Below, piece after piece: positions 8,928 to 17,140 of a stretch of 51,786 bases of DNA. The position numbers and the translations under genes were made by a program. Location of the stretch: NCBI GenBank assembly GCA_964497095.1, contig CAZCCL010000002.1, positions 10,492-62,277 on the forward strand, in the 5' to 3' direction. This stretch comes from an uncultured Gaiellales bacterium. Lineage in GTDB: Bacteria; Actinomycetota; Thermoleophilia; RBG-16-64-13. A model generated the notes under the pieces. The model saw only the letters and a program-made list of their open reading frames with translations. It was not told where the DNA came from and searched no databases. How positions within the stretch are numbered: the stretch's first letter is position 1; each line of letters begins with the position of its first letter.

Positions 8928-9752
8928 TCAAGGCCAGGTGGGCTGCCCGCCCACGACGAGGGTCCAGACGATCAGAACAAGTCCGGCAAGGAAGGTGCCG
9001 GGCACGACCAAGGCCCCGATGGGGTCCCTGGTGATCTCGGAGGCCGGGAGAGTCCAGAAACTGACCGCGGTCAGTACGATGCTGGCTGCGATCGCCGGGA
9101 TGATCTGTCTTCCCTCCACCCCCAGGTATACGATCACAAGGCCGTAGGTGGCCAATGATCCCAACACGAACAGCAGGCGCTCCGCCCCCGATATCCTCTG
9201 CCCTACGCCCTGACCCACGATGATGATCGCCAAGGTGGCGAGGAAGAAGCCGAGTCCCAACACCAAGTACCCCAGGCTGACATCGAGAAAAGCCACCTTG
9301 GCGGCGAACTCTCCCTGCTCGAAGACATCGGGCAGCGCTCTCTGGGCGGCGTGACCCGCGAGATGTATGCCGTGTCCGATCATGCCGATCCCCAGGCCTA
9401 CCCAGAACATCCAGGCGAGAGGGCTCGAGATCACCGAATACACGTTCAAGGTTCCTCGGGAGGATTGCGTGATCACGAGGAAGAGGCGGGTGAAGGCAAA
9501 GGCGGTCAGGGCCGGCAGCAGGACAAGGAAGAACAGATCGAACGGGGTGAGCGCCCAGGAGCCCGCCGGGATGGGCGCCGCCGCCCGCAGACCTTGGAAC
9601 AACTCCCAGGCCAACAGGGTGATCATCAGCCAGAAGACGCTCCGGGCGACCGGAGCCGTCGCCAGCACCCGGCTTGTGGTGGGGCGCACTCTCTCCCTCA
9701 GCTTCCTGCAGCGGACGACGATGCGGCGCGCCCGCATCGTCGGCATGGCCAC
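8928..9752 (-). CDS. Polytopic membrane protein, CLN6-like
   Basis: About 7 hydrophobic segments; motifs GHGIHLAG, FLDVSLGY, YLGVEG and RDPIG are colinear with motifs recalled from eukaryotic CLN6 (alignment by eye only). Confidence 0.6.
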   Translation of the reverse strand: MAMPTMRARRIVVRCRKLRERVRPTTSRVLATAPVARSVFWLMITLLAWELFQGLRAAAPIPAGSWALTPFDLFFLVLLPALTAFAFTRLFLVITQSSRGTLNVYSVISSPLAWMFWVGLGIGMIGHGIHLAGHAAQRALPDVFEQGEFAAKVAFLDVSLGYLVLGLGFFLATLAIIIVGQGVGQRISGAERLLFVLGSLATYGLVIVYLGVEGRQIIPAIAASIVLTAVSFWTLPASEITRDPIGALVVPGTFLAGLVLIVWTLVVGGQPTWP

Positions 9753-9811
9753 GACGGGGCCATTCTATCGCGCCCGGTCTACTGGGGCCATGAGGGCCGG
9801 TCACTCTTCAC

Positions 9812-9971
9812 AACTCGTTTCACAATGACCTCTCGGCCACCGAGGCCGCGCTTGGCGGCCGGACGCTTCGTCCTTTCGTCGCGTCCGTAGCTCCGCTACG
9901 CCTGCTTCTTGCGTACTTGCCTCCGGCCGCCAACCCCACCCTGCTGGCGAAAGGTCATTCTGAAACGAGCT
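9812..9971. mobile_element. MITE/REP-like non-autonomous element (~160 bp)
   Basis: Terminal inverted repeats AACTCGTTTCACAATGACCT / AGGTCATTCTGAAACGAGCT (18/20 match), an internal TTGGCGGCCGGA/TCCGGCCGCCAA inverted repeat, and a partial second copy at 44240. Confidence 0.75.
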
Positions 9972-10003
9972 CTTGGGCCCGCCCTCTTTTCGGGCGAGGG
10001 ACC

Positions 10004-10789
10004 TCAGACGATGAACGGCAGCAGCGCTCTGCGGCGCCGGGGGTAGTCGGGGAAGTTCTCTCGATACCAGCGATGGGTCTTGATCGCGCGGGGGGCCAGG
10101 TTGGCCACCGTCCACACCAAGAAGGCCAGGGCCCCAGGGTTCCAGCACGCCAATGCCCAGCCGCCCCACTCGACCATCTCCCCCAGGTAGTTGGGGCAGG
10201 ACACGAACCGGTACCCTCCCCCGTACGGGATCTGGTAGCCGGTTTGCCCGTCGCGGCGCAGGCCGATCAACACCCGGTCCGAGTGCTGGTTGAGGACGTA
10301 GCCCGACCAGAAAAGCAGCGTTCCGACGACGAAACGAGGATCTGAGAACCACGACGTCGGCAAATCCGGACCGAGCCCGTAGAGGTAGCGGGCGTTCAGG
10401 TAGCCGTTCCCGATGTTGAAGGCCGCGCCCATGAGGACGACCGACATCGTGATGCTGGGTCGGCTGCTGTGCAGTCGGAAGGGGTAGAAGAGCGCGCGGT
10501 GCACGTAGTGCGCCGCCCAGAACAGAAGCAGGACCAGACCTACGGGATTCGACCTCCGGTCGCTGATGCCCCAGATGATAACGAAGGTGGCCAGCGCGGG
10601 CGTTTCCATCAGCACCCACCCCCAACGGGCGCTCATGCGGGGGCCCCAGCCGCCGCGTGTGAAGCGGCCGTACGGGGCGGTGACGAAGAAGAGGGCGATG
10701 AAGGTGACGGCCGCGAGGGCCATCCAGGCGATCACCAGCCAGTGATAGAAAGTCGATTCGTCCACTGCCGGACTTATATCACGCTCCAC
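10004..10789 (-). CDS. 3-oxo-5-alpha-steroid 4-dehydrogenase (SRD5A-like) / DUF1295-type membrane reductase
   Basis: APYGR, WVLMETP, HYVHR, NGYLN, YQIPYGG, CPNYLGEMVEW and NLAPRA..H.WY...F.DYP motifs of the steroid 5-alpha-reductase family. Confidence 0.9.
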   Translation of the reverse strand: MERDISPAVDESTFYHWLVIAWMALAAVTFIALFFVTAPYGRFTRGGWGPRMSARWGWVLMETPALATFVIIWGISDRRSNPVGLVLLLFWAAHYVHRALFYPFRLHSSRPSITMSVVLMGAAFNIGNGYLNARYLYGLGPDLPTSWFSDPRFVVGTLLFWSGYVLNQHSDRVLIGLRRDGQTGYQIPYGGGYRFVSCPNYLGEMVEWGGWALACWNPGALAFLVWTVANLAPRAIKTHRWYRENFPDYPRRRRALLPFIV

Positions 10790-10835
10790 ACATGGTATCT
10801 AGCCGCGGCAGGTGCGCGGAGTGTACGCTTGCACG

Positions 10836-11717
10836 ATGAACGAGATCGTCACGATTGTCTTGCCGGCGTTCTTCACCATCGCGCTCGGGTACCTGTTCGG
10901 CCGATTCAGCCGACAAAGCTCCGTGGCGCTGATCGACGTGGCTATGTACATCGCCACCCCCTGTCTGGTGATCACGTCGATGCTCTCCACCCCGATCGTG
11001 CTGAGCGAGGCCGCCGAGCTCTGGGCGTCGGGCCTGCTCATCATGGCCGGGACCTTTCTAGTGGGGCGCTTGGTCTTCTCCTGGGGAAAGACCAAGCACT
11101 CGGGTATCTACCTGCCCATCGTCTTCCCAAACACCGTCAATATCCCCTTTCCCATCATCTACCTGGCTTTCGGGGCGGAGGGCCTGGCCAGTTCGGCGCT
11201 CTTCGGCGTGCCGTTCGGGATCCTGATCTACTCGGCGGGTATCTACATCGCGGCCGGGCGACCGGACCTGAGGCAAGGGCTGAGCGTCGTCCTGCGTACG
11301 CCCCTGATATATTCGGCGTTGCTGGGCCTGGTGCTCAACCTGGCAGGCGTCACCCTTCCAGACCTGGTGATGGACTCACTCAGGTTCGTGGGTCAGGCGA
11401 GCATGCCCCTCATGCTGCTCGTTTTGGGGATGAACATCGGGAAGATCCGGCTCTCTCACCTCTCCACGACTGTGGTGGCGAGCGTGCTGAGGATGGGAGG
11501 AGGGCTGGCGTTCGGTCTGCTCGCGGTGTGGCTGCTGGGGATCGCCGGGACCCCTCGGGCGGTGGTCATCTTCCAGTCGGCCATGCCGTCCGCCGTCACC
11601 TGCGCCCTTCTAGCCACCAAGTACAAGAACGAGGCCGAGCTGATCTCCTCGGTGGTGCTGGTGACGACGCTGGCCAGCGTAGTGGTCATCCCTGCGCTGC
11701 TCTACTACCTTATGTGA
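10836..11717 (+). CDS. AEC (auxin efflux carrier) family transporter
   Basis: YIATPCL, FPNTVNIPFP, QSAMPSA motifs, about 10 TM; start at MNEIV, 6 nt after a TACGCT -10-like hexamer (possibly leaderless). Confidence 0.9.
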   Translation: MNEIVTIVLPAFFTIALGYLFGRFSRQSSVALIDVAMYIATPCLVITSMLSTPIVLSEAAELWASGLLIMAGTFLVGRLVFSWGKTKHSGIYLPIVFPNTVNIPFPIIYLAFGAEGLASSALFGVPFGILIYSAGIYIAAGRPDLRQGLSVVLRTPLIYSALLGLVLNLAGVTLPDLVMDSLRFVGQASMPLMLLVLGMNIGKIRLSHLSTTVVASVLRMGGGLAFGLLAVWLLGIAGTPRAVVIFQSAMPSAVTCALLATKYKNEAELISSVVLVTTLASVVVIPALLYYLM

Positions 11718-11754
11718 ATTATGTGAAGTACCTGATTTGGAGGAGGTTGGGAGA

Positions 11755-12729
11755 GTGAACCCACACGACGGCGACAAGAGCATAGTTGCCGAGGGTATCA
11801 CCCGGGACTTCGCGGACTTGAGAGCGGTCGACAGTGTCGATCTCGACATCCGTTCGGGCCAGATCTTCGGCTTCCTGGGGCCGAACGGCTCGGGCAAGAC
11901 CACCACGGTGAAGATGCTCACGACGATCCTCGCCCTGACGGCCGGCTCCGCCCGGGTGGGCGGCTTCGATGTGGTCCGGGAGTCGCACGAGGTGCGGTCG
12001 CGCATCGGGGTGGCCCTCCAGGAGGTCGGCCTGGATATGCTCATGACGGCGCCCGAACTCCTGGTTTTGCAGTCCCGCCTCTTCTCGGCGGATCCGGCCG
12101 CCGCTCGAGCCAAAGCGCAGACGCTGCTCAAGACGGTGGGCTTGGACGACGTCGATCCCAAGAAGCGGGTGGGGCAATACTCGGGCGGGATGAAACGCCG
12201 GCTCGATCTGGCCCTGGCCTTGGTGAACGACCCGGACGTCCTCTTTCTTGACGAGCCCACCACCGGCCTCGACCCGGTCAGCCGCCTCACCATATGGGAG
12301 GAGGTGCGTCGCCTCAATTCGGAGCGGGGAATGACCATCTTCCTCACCACTCAGTACCTGGAGGAGGCCGACAAGCTGGCGGACGAGGTCGCCATCATCA
12401 ACCAGGGACGCATCGCGGCCCGTGGCTCCCCCCGGGCGCTCAAGAAGGAGATCGGCAACGAAGTGGTGACCCTCAGCTTCGCGTCTCCCGACCTCGCAGG
12501 GCGGGCGGATGCGACGCTGGCGGCCCTGGCTCCCAAGCGACAAGTGGCCGGGCACGACCTGCTCTGCTACTTTGCGTCGGCGGCCGACAAGCTTCCCGGG
12601 TTGATCCGGGCTTTGGACGAGGCCGAGATCCCCCTGGAAGCTCTCACCATGAGCGAACCGACCCTCGACGACGTGTTCTTGCGAGCGACCGGTCATCGCC
12701 TGACCGGCTCGGAGGAGGAGGCATCATGA
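11755..12729 (+). CDS. ABC exporter ATP-binding protein (DrrA-like)
   Basis: GPNGSGKTT, YSGGMKRR, FLDEPTTGLDP, LTTQYLEEAD; C-terminal PTLDDVF. Confidence 0.93.
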   Translation: MNPHDGDKSIVAEGITRDFADLRAVDSVDLDIRSGQIFGFLGPNGSGKTTTVKMLTTILALTAGSARVGGFDVVRESHEVRSRIGVALQEVGLDMLMTAPELLVLQSRLFSADPAAARAKAQTLLKTVGLDDVDPKKRVGQYSGGMKRRLDLALALVNDPDVLFLDEPTTGLDPVSRLTIWEEVRRLNSERGMTIFLTTQYLEEADKLADEVAIINQGRIAARGSPRALKKEIGNEVVTLSFASPDLAGRADATLAALAPKRQVAGHDLLCYFASAADKLPGLIRALDEAEIPLEALTMSEPTLDDVFLRATGHRLTGSEEEAS

Positions 12730-13487
12730 CCGACGTTCTACTCCTTGTCTGGCGTTCACTTCGGGGCAGCCTGCGGACACCGATAGCCCTGATTCCGAAC
12801 ATAGCCATCAGCGTGTTCTTTCTCTTCGTCTTCAACTCGGGCCTATCGTCGGTGGCCCAACTACCCGGTTTCAAGGGCTCCTATCTGGCCTTCATCATCC
12901 CCGTCTCGATCGTGTCGGCTTCGGTGGGGGGAGCGGGGGTAGCCGGTCAGTCATTGGTGACCGACATCGAGTCGGGCTACTTCACGAAATTGTTGCTCAC
13001 CCCGGCCTCCAGACTGTCCTTGATCTGGGGACCGATGATTGGCGGAGCCATCATACTGGTGGGTCAAGTGATACTGATCCTGGCCTTGGGGCTGGGCTTG
13101 GGTCTGAGATCCGCCACCGGCCCGGCCGGCCTGATAATCGTACTGATCTTCGCTTTTCTATGGGGCATGGCTTTCGCCGGCTACGCGGTGTTCGTAGCTC
13201 TCAAGACCAAGAGCGGAGCGGCGGCTCAGGCGGCCACCTTCGCCTTCTTCCCGCTGATCTTTCTTTCCACCACCTTCGTCCCCAAGGAATACATCGGGGC
13301 GACATGGCTCAAGTGGGCGGCTACAGTCAACCCCACAACCTACATCTACGACGCCATGCGCTCCTTGCTCATCGACGGCTGGGTGGTGAAACCGCTGCTG
13401 ATCGGGCTGGCGGTCATGCTGGGCTTCGCCACCCTCACCGGGGTGCTGGCCCTACGTGCCGCCGCCCGGGCGACGCAGCTGGGGTGA
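12726..13487 (+). CDS. ABC-2 type permease (DrrB-like)
   Basis: ATGA overlap with the ATPase gene; 6 TM; FLSTTFVP...W...NPTTY motif. Confidence 0.9.
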   Translation: MTDVLLLVWRSLRGSLRTPIALIPNIAISVFFLFVFNSGLSSVAQLPGFKGSYLAFIIPVSIVSASVGGAGVAGQSLVTDIESGYFTKLLLTPASRLSLIWGPMIGGAIILVGQVILILALGLGLGLRSATGPAGLIIVLIFAFLWGMAFAGYAVFVALKTKSGAAAQAATFAFFPLIFLSTTFVPKEYIGATWLKWAATVNPTTYIYDAMRSLLIDGWVVKPLLIGLAVMLGFATLTGVLALRAAARATQLG

Positions 13488-13581
13488 GGCCCGTCGGGAC
13501 CCGGCTCTGGCTGATAGCATACCTGCGTAGCTCGGCGCCCGATTCGGGCCCGTCAATGTGCCTGGACGAAGGAGTCTGTGC

Positions 13582-15267
13582 GTGGAAAGCCGGCGACAGA
13601 AGGAATCAGGGGGTCATCGCCCCAGCGCGGACCGTAGCCCCTTCCTGCCTTCCGGCGCGCCGTTTCGAATAGCGGCGGTGCTCTTCGACTTCGACGGCAC
13701 TCTGACCCGACCGGGAGACCTGGACCTGGCCGCCATCAAACGGGAGATCGGCTGCCCCCCCGAGAAGGGTCTGTTGGAATACCTGCGCGAGACCGAGGAT
13801 CCCGAAGAGCGGCGCGGCCGCGAAGTCGTCCTGGAGCAAGCGGAGGGGGAGGCGGCCGACAGGGCCGAGCCCGGCGAGGGCGCCGAGGCACTGATCGATT
13901 TCCTCCGCGGGCAGAGGATCCCCATGGCCATCATCACCCGCAACGCCGGGGTGAGTGTTCGGAGGGCACTGGGCCGGTTTCGGGGAGTCGAACCGGACGA
14001 CTTCGCCCTCATTGTCTCCCGTGACCTGCCCTTCGATCCCAAGCCGTTCCCCGCCGGGGTCCTGTATGTGGCCGAAGAGCTGGGTGTGGAGGCGGGCGAG
14101 CTGCTGATGATCGGTGACCATGCCTTCGACATCGAAGCGGGCAAACGGGCCGGGACTCTGACGATGTTCCTGCGCAACGATCCCTTGGAGGATCTGGCGG
14201 CCGTGGGCGCTGATTTCGTGGTGACCGACCTGAGGGAGGCGCAGCGGACGATCCGCTACGGCATCCCCCTGCCGGTGGGCAAGCTACCGCCCGATCTGCT
14301 GGAGGTCAGCCTGGCGGGGATCGCCCCGGACGACCCCACTGTGCTCGTGGGAGCAGCCATCGGCGAGGATGCCGCTGCCGTGGATGTCGGGGAATCGGAG
14401 GTGTTGGTCTTGGCCTCCGATCCGATCACGTTGGCCGCCGACTCGCCGGCCCGGTACGCGGTGCTGGCCAATGCGAACGACGTGGCCACGAGTGGGGCCA
14501 CTCCCAGGTGGTTCCTCAGCACGCTCTTGCTGCCCACCGATTCGAGCGCCTCCGAAGTGCTCGCTTTGGCGAGGGACATCCAGGAAGTCTGCGCGGCCTA
14601 CGGCATCTCGCTGTGCGGCGGGCACACGGAGATCACCGATGCCGTCTCGCGGCCGCTCGTGGTCGGGATGATGGCGGGCACGGTCGTGGCCGGACGGCTC
14701 ATCGCCAAACACCGGATGCAGGAGGGCGACCGCATACTCATGACAAAAGGGGTGGCGGTAGAGGGCACGGGCCTGGTCGCTCGAGAGTTCCCCCACCGCT
14801 TGGCCCGGGAGGGAATGACGCAGGCGGAGATAGTTGACTGCGCCGCCTTCCTCGAGCAGATGGGGATCCTCGAGGAGGCCCGCGTGGCCCGGTCCGTCGC
14901 GGGGGTCACCGCCTTGCACGACGTGACGGAAGGCGGGCTGGCGACGGCGGTGAGGGAGCTGGGCGCAGCCGGCGGCCGCCGGCTGCGCGTCCACATGGAC
15001 CGCATCCCCATCTATGCGCAGACCGCCCGCGTGTGCTCGATCCTGGGCATCGACCCACTGGGCCTGATCGGTTCGGGCAGTCTCCTCATCACCTGCTCCG
15101 CCGTTGACGCCGGTTCCTTGGCCGCGGCGATCGCCGCGATCGGGATCGAGATCGCCGACATCGGGGAAGTCCTGGAGCCGGGGGAGGGTGTGGAGGCCTA
15201 CAGCGAGGGTGTTCCCGTGGCCTGGCCGTACTTCGCGCGAGACGAGGTGTCCCGCCTCAATAGTTAG
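13582..15267 (+). CDS. HAD-family phosphatase fused to an AIR-synthase-related (PurM/HypE/ThiL fold) domain
   Basis: N-terminal FDFDGTL, TRN, PKP and IGDHAFD HAD motifs; C-terminal GKLP, GEDAA, SDPIT, NANDVATSGA, GGHTE and HDVTEGGL; AAGGAG RBS before GTG 13582. Confidence 0.88.
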   Translation: MESRRQKESGGHRPSADRSPFLPSGAPFRIAAVLFDFDGTLTRPGDLDLAAIKREIGCPPEKGLLEYLRETEDPEERRGREVVLEQAEGEAADRAEPGEGAEALIDFLRGQRIPMAIITRNAGVSVRRALGRFRGVEPDDFALIVSRDLPFDPKPFPAGVLYVAEELGVEAGELLMIGDHAFDIEAGKRAGTLTMFLRNDPLEDLAAVGADFVVTDLREAQRTIRYGIPLPVGKLPPDLLEVSLAGIAPDDPTVLVGAAIGEDAAAVDVGESEVLVLASDPITLAADSPARYAVLANANDVATSGATPRWFLSTLLLPTDSSASEVLALARDIQEVCAAYGISLCGGHTEITDAVSRPLVVGMMAGTVVAGRLIAKHRMQEGDRILMTKGVAVEGTGLVAREFPHRLAREGMTQAEIVDCAAFLEQMGILEEARVARSVAGVTALHDVTEGGLATAVRELGAAGGRRLRVHMDRIPIYAQTARVCSILGIDPLGLIGSGSLLITCSAVDAGSLAAAIAAIGIEIADIGEVLEPGEGVEAYSEGVPVAWPYFARDEVSRLNS

Positions 15268-15270
15268 GCC

Positions 15271-15300
15271 TTGCCAAACAGTACGGTAATACCGTACAAT
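15271..15300 (+). promoter_or_regulatory. Sigma-70-type promoter with palindromic operator upstream of marR
   Basis: TTGCCA-18bp-TACAAT; the perfect inverted repeat GTACGGTA-A-TACCGTAC (15281-15297) covers the spacer and -10. Confidence 0.75.
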
Positions 15301-15307
15301 ATCTGCC

Positions 15308-15769
15308 ATGACTCGATGTACTACACAAGATGCGGTGTCGGCGCTCCAGGATCGATTCCGGGTGGGCTACTGGAAGGCCTTGCGGGATATGGACACTCTC
15401 AGACTCGGGCAATGGGAGCATTCCCGGCTTACGCTGCCCCAGCTGCGGGTGCTCTTCCAGGTGCGGCGTAGCCCGGGCATCACTACCGGCGAACTGGCCC
15501 GCTGTCTGGGCATAACCACCTCGACCACGAGCGGGCTGGTGTCGAAACTGGCCGACCGCGGGCTTTTGGCCCGGGGCAGCAGCGAGGAGGACCGCCGGCA
15601 GATACCCTTGGAGCTGACGGAGAGCGGACGGGAACTGGCGGGGGAGCTCCGCAGGCAGACCCTCCCCTTTCTCGAAGCAGTGGCCGAAGAGCTGGGGGAT
15701 GAACTTGACCACGTGGTCGAGGCGCTCGAGAAGCTTGCTACAGCCAGCTCCCGAGTGAGAGAGCGATGA
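15308..15769 (+). CDS. MarR-family transcriptional regulator
   Basis: LTLPQLRVL, ELARCLG..ST.SGLVSKL..RGL and EDRR...LT..G winged-helix motifs. Confidence 0.92.
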   Translation: MTRCTTQDAVSALQDRFRVGYWKALRDMDTLRLGQWEHSRLTLPQLRVLFQVRRSPGITTGELARCLGITTSTTSGLVSKLADRGLLARGSSEEDRRQIPLELTESGRELAGELRRQTLPFLEAVAEELGDELDHVVEALEKLATASSRVRER

Positions 15770-17100
15770 CCAGGACACGCAAAGGCCTGTGGGCGGTGGC
15801 CCGCGGCGTGCGCTCTCTCAACAACCGCAACTACCGACTCTTCTGGTTCGGGCAGCTGGTTTCTCTCGGGGGGACCTGGATGCAGGACGTGGCCCTCAGC
15901 TGGCTGGTTCTCAGCCTGACCGATTCCCCCATGGCTCTGGGATTGGCTATGACCATCCGCTTCCTGCCCGTGCTCCTTTTCTCACTCTACGGCGGAGTGC
16001 TGGCCGACCGCCTGCCCAAGCGGCAGACCATCATCGTCGTGCAGGCGATACAGCTTCTGGTGGCGCTCACGCTGGCCATCCTCACGTCCACGGAGCTGGT
16101 GACGGTGACCATGATCTACGCGCTGGTGGCGGTGCGGGGTCTTCTGGACGCCGTCGACGGTCCTACCCGTCAGGCCTTCGTTCCCGAGATGGTGGGGACC
16201 GAGGATCTGTCGAACGCTATTGCTCTCAACTCGACCCAGTTCAACGCCGCTCGCTTGGCAGGGCCGGCCGTCGGCGCCGTGGTGATAGGCACCGCGGGCA
16301 TCGCTGCCTGCTTCTACCTGAACGCGGCCAGTTTCTTGGTGGTGATCGCGGCCCTGCTGCTCATGCGCCCGGATGAATTTCACTCAGTCCCTCGAGCTCC
16401 TCGCGAGAAAGCGCTCCGCCAGTTGAAGGAGGGCCTGCGCTATGCCCGCTCCACCCCTGAAGTGGTCGTGATCCTTATCCTGGTGGCAGCCATCGGGACC
16501 TTCGGTTTCAACTTCCAGATCATCCTGCCCCTGGTCACCAAGTATGTGCTGGGCGCGGGAGCATCCACTCTGGCCCTGCTCACTACCTCCAGTGGGGTGG
16601 GCGCCGTGCTGGCCGGGCTCTTCGTGGCCTATCGGGAGAAGCTGAGGCTGCGCCTGCTGATGGGGGCGGCGATCGCTTTTGTCGTGCTGTTGGCTTTCGT
16701 GGGGCTCTCTCGGCAGGGGGTTATCACCGCGGTCTTGATGTTCATGATCGGTTTTGCCGGGGTCCTTTTCATGACGACTGCCAATACTCGGCTGCAGCTG
16801 CGGGTACCCGGGCACATGCGCGGCAGGGTGATGGCTATGTACGGTCTCCTGTTCATGGGGACCACCCCTATCTCGAGTCTGCTCATCGGTCAACTGGCGG
16901 AAAGCGTGGGCGTGCAGGCGACTGTTCTTTGCATGGCCGGCCTGTGTGCGGCCGGGCTCGGGGTGGGAGCGCTGTACGTCCGTCGCGCTACTCCCATGAC
17001 AGGTGGGCCAGGCAGGATGGTCCCTGTGTTCTCGGGCGAGGCTCGGCAGCGGGTGGCGGACCACGGCACCGGCTTGGAGGAAGACACGAGACCGGCGTAA
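15766..17100 (+). CDS. MFS transporter (DHA3/MFS_3-like efflux)
   Basis: FWFGQLVSLGGTWMQ, GGVLADRLPKR, PTRQAFVPEMV, NAIALNS and VPGHMRGRV motifs; ATGA overlap with marR. Confidence 0.92.
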   Translation: MTRTRKGLWAVARGVRSLNNRNYRLFWFGQLVSLGGTWMQDVALSWLVLSLTDSPMALGLAMTIRFLPVLLFSLYGGVLADRLPKRQTIIVVQAIQLLVALTLAILTSTELVTVTMIYALVAVRGLLDAVDGPTRQAFVPEMVGTEDLSNAIALNSTQFNAARLAGPAVGAVVIGTAGIAACFYLNAASFLVVIAALLLMRPDEFHSVPRAPREKALRQLKEGLRYARSTPEVVVILILVAAIGTFGFNFQIILPLVTKYVLGAGASTLALLTTSSGVGAVLAGLFVAYREKLRLRLLMGAAIAFVVLLAFVGLSRQGVITAVLMFMIGFAGVLFMTTANTRLQLRVPGHMRGRVMAMYGLLFMGTTPISSLLIGQLAESVGVQATVLCMAGLCAAGLGVGALYVRRATPMTGGPGRMVPVFSGEARQRVADHGTGLEEDTRPA

Positions 17101-17140
17101 GCTGGTAGGTGACTGACTTCCGACGCGATCCGGGGGGAAG

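Noticed and set aside
14270-15267. Calling the AIR-synthase-like domain purM, hypE, thiL or selD
   Set aside because: It shares the fold motifs only; no hydrogenase, thiamine or selenium context supports a specific gene symbol.
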